This document shows positions 1 through 9,605 of a stretch of DNA of 54,441 nt, piece by piece. Made by a program: the position numbers and the translations under genes. The stretch lies in contig JBFHME010000004.1 of the NCBI GenBank assembly GCA_041594435.1, positions 1 to 54,441 of the forward strand. The letters are read 5' to 3'. The notes beneath the pieces were generated by a model. It searched no databases. It saw only the letters and a list, made by a program, of their open reading frames with translations, and was not told the origin of the DNA. Within the stretch, counting starts at the first letter, position 1, and every line of letters starts with the position of its first letter. This stretch comes from Acidimicrobiales bacterium (GTDB lineage: Bacteria > Actinomycetota > Acidimicrobiia > Acidimicrobiales > SZUA-35).

Positions 1-714
1 CTACCGACGCGAAAGGACCCGCCCCGTCGTCCGGCACCCGGCGATGGTGGCCCAACGGCCTTCGACAGTCAGCCGGTTGTCGAAAAACCGAAGCAGCGCC
101 GGCGTACGCTGGCCGACATCCCGAACCCCGAGCCCGTCCGCATCCCGGATCCGGCCGAACTGCGATCCCGGGCGAAGCCGGACGGAACGGCCGCCCGCCG
201 CCCCGGCCTCGATTCCACCCTCGGACCGGACCCCGAACTCGGTCTGGAGCCGGATTCCGGCTCCTCGGTCGGGCTGCTGGAGCGGCCGAAGGCCGACGAA
301 CCCGATGCCGTGGAGCGAGCAGGCCTCGATGTCAGCTTCGATGGGGAACCGGCCGTCGACGACGCCGGCACCGTCGACGACGAACTCACCGTCGACCCGT
401 CCCCGTCGCCGCCGGTTCTCCGGGTGGTCAAGGGAATCGAGCCGGATCCCGACGACGTGCCTGCGCCGTTCGACATCGAGGAGGGACGACCGTCCGACGA
501 AGCCGTCGACGACACGGCTCTCGATGACGAGACGGCTTTCGACGACGATGACATCTTCGATCCGGACGACGAGGACGATGACGAGGACGACATCGCCCTC
601 AGCGCCGATGACTGGTCCGCGGAGTTCGACGAGTTCGACGACGATGACGATGACGAGTTCGACGGTGACAACGACTCGGCACTGGCCCCGCCGCCCGGCT
701 ATCCGGGCGGTTAG
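1..714 (+). CDS. 3' end of a protein with a Pro-rich then extremely acidic low-complexity tail (partial; possibly the tail of FtsK/SpoIIIE DNA translocase)
   Basis: Frame 1 is open from base 1 (LPTRKDPPRRP...) to TAG at 712-714 and ends in Asp/Glu runs. The FtsK guess rests only on common ftsK...rimO-pgsA-cinA synteny. Confidence 0.55.
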   Translation, partial: LPTRKDPPRRPAPGDGGPTAFDSQPVVEKPKQRRRTLADIPNPEPVRIPDPAELRSRAKPDGTAARRPGLDSTLGPDPELGLEPDSGSSVGLLERPKADEPDAVERAGLDVSFDGEPAVDDAGTVDDELTVDPSPSPPVLRVVKGIEPDPDDVPAPFDIEEGRPSDEAVDDTALDDETAFDDDDIFDPDDEDDDEDDIALSADDWSAEFDEFDDDDDDEFDGDNDSALAPPPGYPGG

Positions 715-772
715 GTCGACCCCCCGGTATCCGCAGCGGCCAACGGTCAAGCGCCCCCGATAGCCTCCACTG

Positions 773-1759
773 GTGGCCTATCTCACCGAACCGAGTCTGC
801 TCGTGGCGCTCATCGAGGTGGCGGTCGGTTTGTGGCTGCTCACAAGGGCGGCCGACGAGTTCGTCGAAGGCGCGGCCAACGTGGCGAGTGCGCTCAGCAT
901 CTCTCCGGTCGTCATCGGCGCCGTCATCGTCGGCTTCGGTACGAGTGCCCCGGAACTGCTGGTTTCGTCGCTCGCGGCGTGGCACGGGGATCTCGATCTC
1001 GGTGTCGGCAATGTCGTCGGTAGCAACGTGGCCAACCTCACCCTGGTCCTCGGCGCAGCGGCTCTGATCGTGATGCTCCGGGTAACCCCGTCGGTGCTGG
1101 CCCGGGAGGCGCCGCTTTCACTCCTGGCGGTCCTGCTGTTCGCGTATTTCACCACCGGCGGCCTCGCACGGTGGGAAGGCTTCGTGCTCCTCGGCGCACT
1201 CGTCGGGGTTCTGGGATGGATCGTCGCCGGAGGGCGAGTCGACCATGTCGAGAGCCATTCACTCGACGACGGTGGACCGTTGTCGACCCAGGCGCTGCGC
1301 ACCGCCGGTGGTCTCCTCGGAACCATCGCCGGCGCTCAGCTGTTGGTGTGGGGGGCGTCGGCGATCGCCGCACTGGCCGGGATCTCCGGCGGTTTCGTCG
1401 GTTTCACCCTGGTCGCCATCGGAACGTCCCTGCCCGAGCTGGTGACGGCCGTCGCCGCCGCCAGGAAAAATGAAACGGAGATCATCCTCGGCAACCTCCT
1501 GGGTAGCAACATCTTCAACAGCCTGGCCGTCGGCGGGGCCATCGCCACCATCCGTCCCGGGGCCGTGGTCGACACCGAGCTCGCCACCGTCGGCGTGACC
1601 GGCATGGCGTTGGTGGCCTTCATCGCCTGGGCGTTCATGGTCACCCGCAAGCGGGTTCACCGCATCGAGGCCGTGGTCCTGCTGGCGATCTGGCTCGGGT
1701 CGGTGGTGTTGATGGCTCGAGGGGCAACCGACACCGTGACGGTGGCCCTCGGCCTCTGA
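773..1759 (+). CDS. Ca2+/Na+ antiporter (CaCA/YrbG family)
   Basis: Two alpha-repeats, GTSAPE...GNVVGSN and GTSLPE...GNLLGSN, and ~10 TM segments. Confidence 0.93.
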   Translation: MAYLTEPSLLVALIEVAVGLWLLTRAADEFVEGAANVASALSISPVVIGAVIVGFGTSAPELLVSSLAAWHGDLDLGVGNVVGSNVANLTLVLGAAALIVMLRVTPSVLAREAPLSLLAVLLFAYFTTGGLARWEGFVLLGALVGVLGWIVAGGRVDHVESHSLDDGGPLSTQALRTAGGLLGTIAGAQLLVWGASAIAALAGISGGFVGFTLVAIGTSLPELVTAVAAARKNETEIILGNLLGSNIFNSLAVGGAIATIRPGAVVDTELATVGVTGMALVAFIAWAFMVTRKRVHRIEAVVLLAIWLGSVVLMARGATDTVTVALGL

Positions 1760-1788
1760 GCCGGCCGACCGTGCCTCGCCCTCCGCCG

Positions 1789-2466
1789 CTAGCGGGCCGG
1801 GGCGGGGAACGTCGGGGCATCGGCGTGCCACCGGGGTAGGGCGCGGGCCAAGCCCCGGTCGCCGGAGACCGTGAGATCACCCGACCGCAGGAGCGCCGTC
1901 CACGACCGCTCACCGATGTGCCAGCGCACGAACGGCTCGGAACGGGCAACGACCGTCACGTCGACGTCCCCGCCGGGATCGCTGTGACAGACCTCGGCTT
2001 CGCCTCCGTCGATCAGGAGCCAGAAGAAGCGATGTCCGGACCGCTCCTCGACGAAGTCGAAGGCGACGACCGTTCGGCGATCCGGGAGCCGGTCTTCGAC
2101 GATGTGGAACCGGGCCCAGGCCCAGAGCGCGAAGCCCGGATCGTCGTGTTCGTCGGTCACGTCGAGCCAGCGCATCGCCCAGGCCCCGAGCGCATCGATG
2201 ACCGGCGCCAGGCCTCGTCCGGCCTCGGTGAGGAGGTAGTCCGAACCCCGCCCGCCGTTGCGTCGCCGGCGTTCGATGATGCCGTTGGCTTCGAGCTGGC
2301 CGAGACGCCTCACCAGCATCGACCGTGACATCGTGGGTACACCGTTGGCGATGTCGGTGAACGTGGTCGCACCCCACAACAGGTTTCGGACGATCAGTGG
2401 AGTCCACCGTTCGGCCATGATCTCCGACCCCCGGGCGATGGGACAGTACTGGCGGTAGCGGCTCAT
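1789..2466 (-). CDS. HxlR-family winged-helix regulator with C-terminal SCP2-like domain
   Basis: YRQYCPIARGSEIMAERWTPLIVR...Y.LTEAG HxlR pattern, with a C-terminal sterol-carrier-like region. Confidence 0.88.
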   Translation of the reverse strand: MSRYRQYCPIARGSEIMAERWTPLIVRNLLWGATTFTDIANGVPTMSRSMLVRRLGQLEANGIIERRRRNGGRGSDYLLTEAGRGLAPVIDALGAWAMRWLDVTDEHDDPGFALWAWARFHIVEDRLPDRRTVVAFDFVEERSGHRFFWLLIDGGEAEVCHSDPGGDVDVTVVARSEPFVRWHIGERSWTALLRSGDLTVSGDRGLARALPRWHADAPTFPAPAR

Positions 2467-2507
2467 GGTTCCAGTAGTAGCAGCCGACCGACGTCTCCAC
2501 CGCCGTG

Positions 2508-2524
2508 GGTTCTGTTTTCGAACT
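2508..2524. promoter_or_regulatory. Candidate operator of the HxlR regulator (GTTC-N7-GAAC)
   Basis: Inverted repeat gGTTCtgttttcGAACt in the 92-bp divergent intergenic region. Confidence 0.45.
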
Positions 2525-2558
2525 ATTCCGGGTGAGGTGATGCGGCCATCATCCGGTT

Positions 2559-3401
2559 ATGGACACATCAACGCAGAACGGAACAGATACCACCACATCC
2601 GACACGGCGGCGCAGCGAGGCCAGATCGTGGCTTCGGCCGCCGAGGTCTACGAACACTTCTTCGTGCCTGCGCTCTTCGGTCAGTTCGCACCGATCGCCG
2701 TGGCCCGGTCCGGCGTCGGTCCCGGTGATCGGCTGCTCGATGTCGCCTGCGGCACCGGCGTTGCCGCCCGAGCGGCGACCGCCGTCGTCGGTCTCAACGG
2801 AACCGTCGTCGGTGTCGATGTCAACCCGGCCATGCTCGACGTGGCCCGACGCCTGGATCGCGCCATCGAGTGGCTCTCGGCTCCGGCGGAGTCGCTGCCG
2901 GTCGAGTCCGACTCCTTCGACGCCGTGGTGTGTCAGTTCGGTCTCATGTTCTTCGTCGACGCCGGCGCCGCGCTGGGGGAGATGGCCCGGGCGGTTCGCC
3001 CCGGCGGGCCGGTGGTGATCTCGACCTGGGCCGACGTGTCGGCCAGCCCGGGCTACGAGGCGATGATCCGACTCCTCGACGAAGAGATCGGCAGCGAGGC
3101 CGGCGACGCCCTCCGAGCACCGTTCACCATCGGGACCGAGGCGGCACTGGCCGCCATGGTCGAACCGCACTTCGATCGTCACGAGGTGTGGACCGAGCCC
3201 GGCGTCGCCCGGTTTCCCTCACTCGAGGCCTGGTTGCGGACCGACATTCGAGGCTGGACGCTGGCCGACATGATCGACGACGAGCAGTTTGCCACGCTGC
3301 TCGAGGCCGCCCCGTCCCGGTTGGATCGCTTCGTCCAATCCTCAGGGGCGGTGTCGTTCGGGGCGCCGGCCATCATGGCCATCGCGTCCGGTGGCGGTTG
3401 A
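2559..3401 (+). CDS. Class I SAM-dependent methyltransferase (Methyltransf_11/UbiE-like)
   Basis: LLDVACGTG motif I, GVDVN, FDAVVCQFGLMF, RPGG. Confidence 0.9.
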   Translation: MDTSTQNGTDTTTSDTAAQRGQIVASAAEVYEHFFVPALFGQFAPIAVARSGVGPGDRLLDVACGTGVAARAATAVVGLNGTVVGVDVNPAMLDVARRLDRAIEWLSAPAESLPVESDSFDAVVCQFGLMFFVDAGAALGEMARAVRPGGPVVISTWADVSASPGYEAMIRLLDEEIGSEAGDALRAPFTIGTEAALAAMVEPHFDRHEVWTEPGVARFPSLEAWLRTDIRGWTLADMIDDEQFATLLEAAPSRLDRFVQSSGAVSFGAPAIMAIASGGG

Positions 3402-3469
3402 GTCCGAGCGCCACGACGTCGTCCCGCCGGTCAGCGCCACGGCACGTCGAACGACTACGCTTTCGGGCG

Positions 3470-4372
3470 ATGAGCGATGACTACAGACGGCTCGAGGTTC
3501 CGGTCGACGGCGGGATGCTCGCCGCAGGACGCTGGGGTGACGGCGACACGGTCGTCGTCGCCTCCCACGGCATCACCGCCAATCACCTGTCCTGGCAGGC
3601 GGTGGGGGAGCAGCTGGTGGCCCGCAGTGGTGGCGCCGCTTCGCTGGTGGCCGTCGACCACCGGGGTCGGGCCGGGAGCGCCGAGCTGCCGGGCCCCGTC
3701 GGCCTCGCCCGGCATGCCGATGATCTGGTGGCCACCCTCGACCACCTCGATGTCCAGGCGGCCGTGCTGGCCGGTCACTCGATGGGCGGGTTCGTGGTCG
3801 CCCTGGCGGCCGAGCGCCACGCCGACCGGGTTGCCGGGTTGACGCTGGTCGACGGCGGTCTTCCCTTCCCGCTCGATCTGCCTCCCGACGTCGACACCGA
3901 GGCCGTGATCCGGTCGGTCATCGGGCCGGCCCTCGATCGGCTGGATCAGCGGTGGACCGACATCGATGACTACGTCGGCTTCTTTCAGGCCCATCCGGCG
4001 TTCAGTCCGCCGAACGACTGGCCGCGGGCGGCCGAGGCCTACGTTCGCCACGACGCCGTGATCGACGACGGCCGGGTCCGCTCCAGCGTGAACAAGGAGG
4101 CGGTGTTGGTCGACGGGGGAGCGGCAATCGTCGATCCCGAGTCGTCCTCCGCGCTTCGTCGGATCGCCCAGCCGTCCGTCCTTCTGTGGGCACCACGGGG
4201 CATCCTCGATCAGCACCCCGGCCTCTACCCTCCGGTCATCGTCGCCGGTGCGTCGGCCGAGCTCGATCACCTCGCCGCCGTCCCCGTCGAGGACGTGAAC
4301 CACTACACCATCCTCGTGAGCGATCGCGGCGCAGCCCGGGTGGTTGACGAGATCCTCGGCCTGGTGGGCTGA
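3470..4372 (+). CDS. Alpha/beta hydrolase
   Basis: HGIT oxyanion loop, DHRGRAGS, GHSMGG nucleophile elbow, C-terminal NHY. Start placed at ATG 3470 rather than 2870. Confidence 0.88.
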   Translation: MSDDYRRLEVPVDGGMLAAGRWGDGDTVVVASHGITANHLSWQAVGEQLVARSGGAASLVAVDHRGRAGSAELPGPVGLARHADDLVATLDHLDVQAAVLAGHSMGGFVVALAAERHADRVAGLTLVDGGLPFPLDLPPDVDTEAVIRSVIGPALDRLDQRWTDIDDYVGFFQAHPAFSPPNDWPRAAEAYVRHDAVIDDGRVRSSVNKEAVLVDGGAAIVDPESSSALRRIAQPSVLLWAPRGILDQHPGLYPPVIVAGASAELDHLAAVPVEDVNHYTILVSDRGAARVVDEILGLVG

Positions 4373-4487
4373 ATCGTGCCGGGGGCGACCGTCGGATCCG
4401 GTTTCTTGGACTGAACCGGTGCGGGACCTAAACTTGGAATCCATTACTGACGAAGGCGGAATCGTCAAGCCACGGGAGCGACAAACG

Positions 4488-5426
4488 TTGCACATTCGAA
4501 CATCCGGATTTCCGGTTGAAACAACGCTGCTCGTCAGCAACCTCCACTTTCCGGAGGGTCCCGTGTGGATTTCCGACGGCTCGGTGCTGCTGGTCGAGAT
4601 CGCCCGCGGCACGCTGACACGGGTTTCACCCGACGGCGACGTCGACGTGGTGGCCGACCTCAGAGGCGGACCGAACGGTGCCGCCGTCGGCCCCGACGGC
4701 AAGATCTACGTCTGCAACAACGGCGGTTTCGTCTGGAGCGAGGTCAACGGGCTGACCGTGCCCGGAAACCAGCCCGACGATTACACCGGTGGCAAGATCC
4801 AGCGGGTCGATCTGCAGACCGGCGAGATCGAGGTGCTCTACGACGAGGTCAACGGGATCATGCTACGGGGCCCCAACGACCTCGTGTTCGACGACGCCGG
4901 CGGCTTCTGGTTCACCGATCACGGAAAGATCCGACCCCGCCAACGGGATCGGGGTGGCCTGTACTACGCCAAAGCCGACGGGTCGGAGATCCGCGAGGTG
5001 GTCTACCCGCTGGATGCGCCCAACGGTGTGGGTCTGTCGCCCGACCAGGACATGCTGTACGTGGCCGAGACCTACCAGGGTCGCGTCTACCAGTGGCCGC
5101 TGTCCGGCCCGGGGGAGATCGCCGGATACTTCGGTCCCGAACACCGGGGTGAGGTGCTGGCCGATCCCGAAGGGGGCCCACTCTTCGACTCGCTTGCCGT
5201 GGATTCGCTGGGCAACGTCTGCGTGGCCACCGTCCGCCGGGGCGGCATCACCAGCATCACCCCCGACGGTGCCCATCGCTTCATCCCGTTCGACGATCCG
5301 CTCACCACCAACATCTGCTTCGGGGGTCCGAACCTCGACATCGCGTTCGTGACGCTCTCCGGTTCGGGCCGGCTCGTGTCGTGCCCCTGGGAGGTTCCCG
5401 GGCTGCCACTGGCCTACAACCTGTAG
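4488..5426 (+). CDS. SMP-30/gluconolactonase/LRE family beta-propeller protein
   Basis: FPEGP, GPNG, PNDLVFD, PNGVGLSPD, TTNICFGG. Start uncertain (TTG 4488). Confidence 0.88.
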   Translation: MHIRTSGFPVETTLLVSNLHFPEGPVWISDGSVLLVEIARGTLTRVSPDGDVDVVADLRGGPNGAAVGPDGKIYVCNNGGFVWSEVNGLTVPGNQPDDYTGGKIQRVDLQTGEIEVLYDEVNGIMLRGPNDLVFDDAGGFWFTDHGKIRPRQRDRGGLYYAKADGSEIREVVYPLDAPNGVGLSPDQDMLYVAETYQGRVYQWPLSGPGEIAGYFGPEHRGEVLADPEGGPLFDSLAVDSLGNVCVATVRRGGITSITPDGAHRFIPFDDPLTTNICFGGPNLDIAFVTLSGSGRLVSCPWEVPGLPLAYNL

Positions 5427-5525
5427 TCCGGCGCACCTCGCCGTTCCCCGAACGTCGGGTGCCCGGTGCTTGCACCGGCAACCGGTTCGGGGCAGCCGAG
5501 TGACCGCCCGGTAGTCTGGTCGCCA

Positions 5526-6866
5526 ATGGCGCAGAGCTATTGGATCGAAACCCTCGGGTGTCCCAAGAACCAGGTCGACTCCGACAAGTTGACCGGGACG
5601 CTGGTCCGCGACGGCCTGAAACCGGCCGAATCGCCGGGCGAAGCCGACGTCGTGGTCGTCAACACCTGCGCCTTCATCGCGGAGGCTCGCCAGGAGTCGA
5701 TCGACACGGTGCTCGCGTTCGACGGCGCCCGCAAGGACGGATCCCGGCTTGTCGTGACCGGGTGCATGGCCGAACGCTACGGAGAGGAGCTGTCGGCGGC
5801 ACTGCCGGAGGTGGACCGCGTGGCGCCCTTCGGGGCCTCCCTCCTGTCCGGCGCGGGCGTCGACGACGAGGACGGGTCCGGCGTGTCGTCCCCCGTTGCC
5901 GTCGCCCTCGGTGCCACGAGGTCGGTTGCGCGGTCGTCGTTCGATCTGCTGGAACTGCCCCGTCCCGCCGCAACCGCTCCCTGGGCCTATGTCAAGATCG
6001 CCGAGGGCTGCGACCGCAACTGCGGCTTCTGCGCCATCCCGAGCTTCCGGGGTGAACAGCGGTCGCGTTCGGAACAGTCGATCCTGGCCGAGATCGAACA
6101 GCTCGGCGTGTCCGAGGTCGTGCTGGTCGCCCAGGACCTCGCCGCCTACGGACGCGACCAGGGCCGGGGCGAACGTCGAATCGTGCCGCTGGTCCGGGCC
6201 GCCGCCGAACGGGTGCTCCGGGTTCGCCTGCTGTACCTCTACCCATCGGATCTCACCGACGAGTTGATCGACACGATCTGCTCCACCGGCGTCCCCTACT
6301 TCGACCTCTCCCTCCAGCACGTCTCACCGCCGCTCATGCGGGCGATGCGTCGCTGGGGCGACGGCGCCCGATTCGCCGAACGGATCGAAACGATCCGGTC
6401 CCGGGAACCCGCTGCCGCCTTTCGCTCGAACTTCATCGTCGGCTACCCCGGCGAAACCGAGGCCGACCACGACCTGCTTCTCCGTTTCGTCGAGCAGGCC
6501 CGCCTCGACTGGTGCGGCTTCTTCGCCTACTCCGAGGAGGAGGGAACCCACGGAGCCACCCTGGACGGCAAGGTCCCGGCCGGCTTGCGGTTCGAGCGGC
6601 TGGCCGAGTTACGGGAGCTGCAGGACCGTATCACCGCGGAGAAGCGGGCGGAGCTGATCGGTGAGCGGCTGGAGGTGCTGGTCGACGCCATCGGGCAGGG
6701 CCGGTCGGTCAGGGAGGCCCCGGAAATCGATGGGATCATCAATGTCGATCCGGCCCTCGACATCGGGTCGCTGGTCACCGTGACCGTCTCCGGGGCCGAG
6801 GGGCCCGATCTCCTTACCTCGTACGTGGCATCACCTCGCGACGCCGAGGTACCGATCGGTGGCTGA
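5526..6866 (+). CDS. rimO: Ribosomal protein S12 methylthiotransferase
   Basis: LGCPKNQVDS, NTCAFI..A..ES, KIAEGCDRNCGFCAIP (CxxxCxxC), APEIDG; directly upstream of pgsA. Confidence 0.95.
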   Translation: MAQSYWIETLGCPKNQVDSDKLTGTLVRDGLKPAESPGEADVVVVNTCAFIAEARQESIDTVLAFDGARKDGSRLVVTGCMAERYGEELSAALPEVDRVAPFGASLLSGAGVDDEDGSGVSSPVAVALGATRSVARSSFDLLELPRPAATAPWAYVKIAEGCDRNCGFCAIPSFRGEQRSRSEQSILAEIEQLGVSEVVLVAQDLAAYGRDQGRGERRIVPLVRAAAERVLRVRLLYLYPSDLTDELIDTICSTGVPYFDLSLQHVSPPLMRAMRRWGDGARFAERIETIRSREPAAAFRSNFIVGYPGETEADHDLLLRFVEQARLDWCGFFAYSEEEGTHGATLDGKVPAGLRFERLAELRELQDRITAEKRAELIGERLEVLVDAIGQGRSVREAPEIDGIINVDPALDIGSLVTVTVSGAEGPDLLTSYVASPRDAEVPIGG

Positions 6867-7452
6867 CATCCCGATCCGCCATCAGGATGAGCAGATGGAC
6901 TTCATCGGTCGATCCCGCTGGGCCCTGGCGGCCAACGCACTCACCATCGCCCGCATCGTGCTGGCACCGGTGCTGGCCGTGATGATTCTCCACCGCAACC
7001 CGTGGTGGGTCAGCTTCTGGTTCGGTTGGTTCCTCGGCTTCACCGATTATCTCGACGGTCGCCTGGCCCGCCGCACCACCCCGACCCGCGTCGGCGCCTT
7101 TCTCGACCCACTGGCCGACAAGGCCGTCGTGCTGATGGCCGCGTTCGCGCTGGTGGCCATCGATCGGTTCCATTGGCTGCCGGTCGCCCTCATCACGGTC
7201 CGGGAGGTCGCCATCATGGTCTACCGCAGCTACTGGGGTCGCCGCGGTCTGGCCATCCCGGCAAGGACCTCGGCCAAGTACAAGACCCTGGTTCAGGGGC
7301 TGGCGATCGCCGCGGCACTGTGCCCGGCTCTCGACGGGGCACGTTGGGTGGCCGACGTCCTGCTCTGGTTCGCCGTTGCGTTCACCCTCTACAGCGGCTT
7401 CCAGTATGCGTGGGACGGGCGCAGCGCGCTCCGGGTGACGGGGCAGCGCTGA
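6859..7452 (+). CDS. pgsA: CDP-diacylglycerol--glycerol-3-phosphate 3-phosphatidyltransferase
   Basis: DYLDGRLAR...GAFLDPLADK CDP-alcohol phosphotransferase motif; rimO-pgsA-cinA synteny. Confidence 0.9.
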   Translation: MADIPIRHQDEQMDFIGRSRWALAANALTIARIVLAPVLAVMILHRNPWWVSFWFGWFLGFTDYLDGRLARRTTPTRVGAFLDPLADKAVVLMAAFALVAIDRFHWLPVALITVREVAIMVYRSYWGRRGLAIPARTSAKYKTLVQGLAIAAALCPALDGARWVADVLLWFAVAFTLYSGFQYAWDGRSALRVTGQR

Positions 7453-7475
7453 GCAGTCGGACGGCGTCGGCGGCG

Positions 7476-9524
7476 ATGCTGGTGGTCCTTGCTCTCTTGT
7501 CCGGGTGCGTGGGTGATGGCGCCGAGGGCCGGGCGGCACGGGGTTCGACCGCCCGATCGACGGCTGACGGAGGCAACACGGCGAGCTCCGGCCGTGGAGG
7601 CGGCAGCCCGTCCGGTTCGACGGGCTCGGCGTCCGATCCCGTCGACTTCGTGCCGACCTTCGAAGACGGTCCCTGTCCGTCGAGCCTCCCGGTCGAACTC
7701 GAGCCACGGTGCGGAACCGTCGAGGTCCCCTCCGACTGGTCGACGGGCGAAGGGAGGATCACGCTGTCGGTCGCCGTCTTCGGATCGACTGCGGCGGATC
7801 CGGCCCCCGATCCCGTCGTCTATCTCGAGGGCGGACCCGGCGGCCATGCACTGGAGACGATGACGTTCTCCGCCGACGTTCTGCTGAGGCCGTTGCTGGC
7901 GCGCCGCGACGTCGTCGTTTTCGACCAGCGCGGGGCGGGATTGTCGACTCCCCGGCTCGACTGTCCGGAGGTGACCGAGGCGACCCGTGAACTGGAGGAC
8001 ACTCCGGTTGTCGACGATGTCGAGTTCGATCGCCGGTACTACGAGGCGCTCGGGGCGTGCCACGACCGACTGGCGTCGTCGGGGATCGATCTGACCGACT
8101 TCAACTCGTTCTACAACGCCCACGACACCGACGCGATCCGCCGTGCCCTGGGCTTCAGGGAGTGGAACCTGTTCGGTGTCTCCTACGGGACCAAACTCGC
8201 CCTGGAAACGATGCGATGGCATCCGGACGGGGTCCGGGCCACCGTGCTCGATTCGGTGTATCCGCCCGAGGTCGACTCGGTTGCCGAGAATCCCCACACC
8301 TTCATCGACTCCTATGAACGGGTGGCGCAGGCCTGCCGGGCAGAACCGGCGTGCGACGGTCAGGGCGATCTCATGGGGCGGTTCGCCGAGCTGGTCAACG
8401 ACCTGCAGGCCGACCCCGTGCGGGTCGAGGTGACCGATTTCGTCTCCGGTGAGCGCGACGAGCTCTATCTGACCGGCGACGCTCTGATCGGCATCGTCAC
8501 CCAAGCCCTGTACTCGCCGAGCTGGTTCACCGATCTGCCCGAGTTGGCGACCGATCTCGAAGCCGGTCGGACGGCGGTGGCCGAGCAGTTCCTCAGCCAG
8601 CAGCGAACGCTGGAGCGCTACTTTTCCGACGGCATGTTCTTCGCCATCACCTGCCGGGAGGAGGTCGCCCTGTCGGACCCGGCGTCGGTGGTTGATCCGC
8701 CCGATCCGTTCGGCCTCCGCGATTCGTTCGACCTGGCCGCCAACACCGGCTCCAACGCGTTCGAATCGTGTGAGGCGTTCGACAACGGCCGGGCGGAGGC
8801 CGAAGCCGACGAGCCGGTCACGAGCGACATCCCGACACTCCTCCTGGCCGGTGAGTTCGACCCGGTCACCCCGGTCTCGTGGGCCGAGCGGGCCGCTCGG
8901 GGTCTCTCGCGGTCCCAGCTCGTTGTCGCCCCCAACGCCTCGCACGGTGTGTTCGGAACCGACTGTGGCATGGCGGTGGTGGTCGCCTTCCTCGACAATC
9001 CGTCGGTTGCGCCCGACGCCGGGTGTTTCGCCGAGGAGGAGTTGCGGTTCGTCGAAACCGGCTTCGAGCTTCCCGAACTGGAGGAGGTGACCTACACGGT
9101 GGAGCCGTGGGGGATCACGGTCACCACCGTACGCCCCGAATCCTGGGTTGTCGGGGCGCTGGCCGGTGATCAGTACCGCCAGCGGTCGTTACTCGATCCG
9201 ACCCAACTCTTCCAGCTGGTCGGGAATTCCGCGCTTCGTTCCAGTCTGGGCGACTTCATCGAGCAGCAGCATGGAGTCACGCTCACCCCGGCCGTTCCGT
9301 ACACCGACGACACCGTCGGAGGGTTGCGAGCCGGAGAGCTGACCGCTCGATGGGACCGCCGAGTCGGCACGGGAACCGGGGTCGCGGTTGAATGGTTCGA
9401 AACCGAAGTCGATCCCGCCACGGGAACGATGGCGTTCGTGATCCTGGTATCGTCGCCGTCCGAGCAGCCGGCGCTGGTCGACCAGGTGCTGGTTCCGGCG
9501 CTGCGGGCCATAGCCGTCGAGTAA
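7476..9524 (+). CDS. Lipoprotein alpha/beta hydrolase (TAP-like / peptidase S33) with extra C-terminal domain
   Basis: Lipobox LSGC, LEGGPG, DQRGAG, GVSYG, GEFDPVTP, SHG. Start uncertain. Confidence 0.85.
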   Translation: MLVVLALLSGCVGDGAEGRAARGSTARSTADGGNTASSGRGGGSPSGSTGSASDPVDFVPTFEDGPCPSSLPVELEPRCGTVEVPSDWSTGEGRITLSVAVFGSTAADPAPDPVVYLEGGPGGHALETMTFSADVLLRPLLARRDVVVFDQRGAGLSTPRLDCPEVTEATRELEDTPVVDDVEFDRRYYEALGACHDRLASSGIDLTDFNSFYNAHDTDAIRRALGFREWNLFGVSYGTKLALETMRWHPDGVRATVLDSVYPPEVDSVAENPHTFIDSYERVAQACRAEPACDGQGDLMGRFAELVNDLQADPVRVEVTDFVSGERDELYLTGDALIGIVTQALYSPSWFTDLPELATDLEAGRTAVAEQFLSQQRTLERYFSDGMFFAITCREEVALSDPASVVDPPDPFGLRDSFDLAANTGSNAFESCEAFDNGRAEAEADEPVTSDIPTLLLAGEFDPVTPVSWAERAARGLSRSQLVVAPNASHGVFGTDCGMAVVVAFLDNPSVAPDAGCFAEEELRFVETGFELPELEEVTYTVEPWGITVTTVRPESWVVGALAGDQYRQRSLLDPTQLFQLVGNSALRSSLGDFIEQQHGVTLTPAVPYTDDTVGGLRAGELTARWDRRVGTGTGVAVEWFETEVDPATGTMAFVILVSSPSEQPALVDQVLVPALRAIAVE

Positions 9525-9590
9525 CAGCCGTCGAGTGAGAGCGGTCGAGTAGAGCCGTCGAGTGAGAGCCGTCGAGTAACAGCCGTCGAG
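9512..9590 (+). repeat. Six tandem copies of a 13-14 bp unit AGCCGTCGAG-T(AAC/GAG/AG)
   Basis: Units start at 9512, 9526, 9540, 9553, 9567 and 9581; the first overlaps the stop codon of the upstream CDS. Confidence 0.95.
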
Positions 9591-9605
9591 CCGTAGGGGT
9601 AGCTG

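Noticed and set aside
9512-9590. Mini-CRISPR array
   Set aside because: 10-bp repeats with 3-4-bp linkers are far too short, and there are no cas genes.
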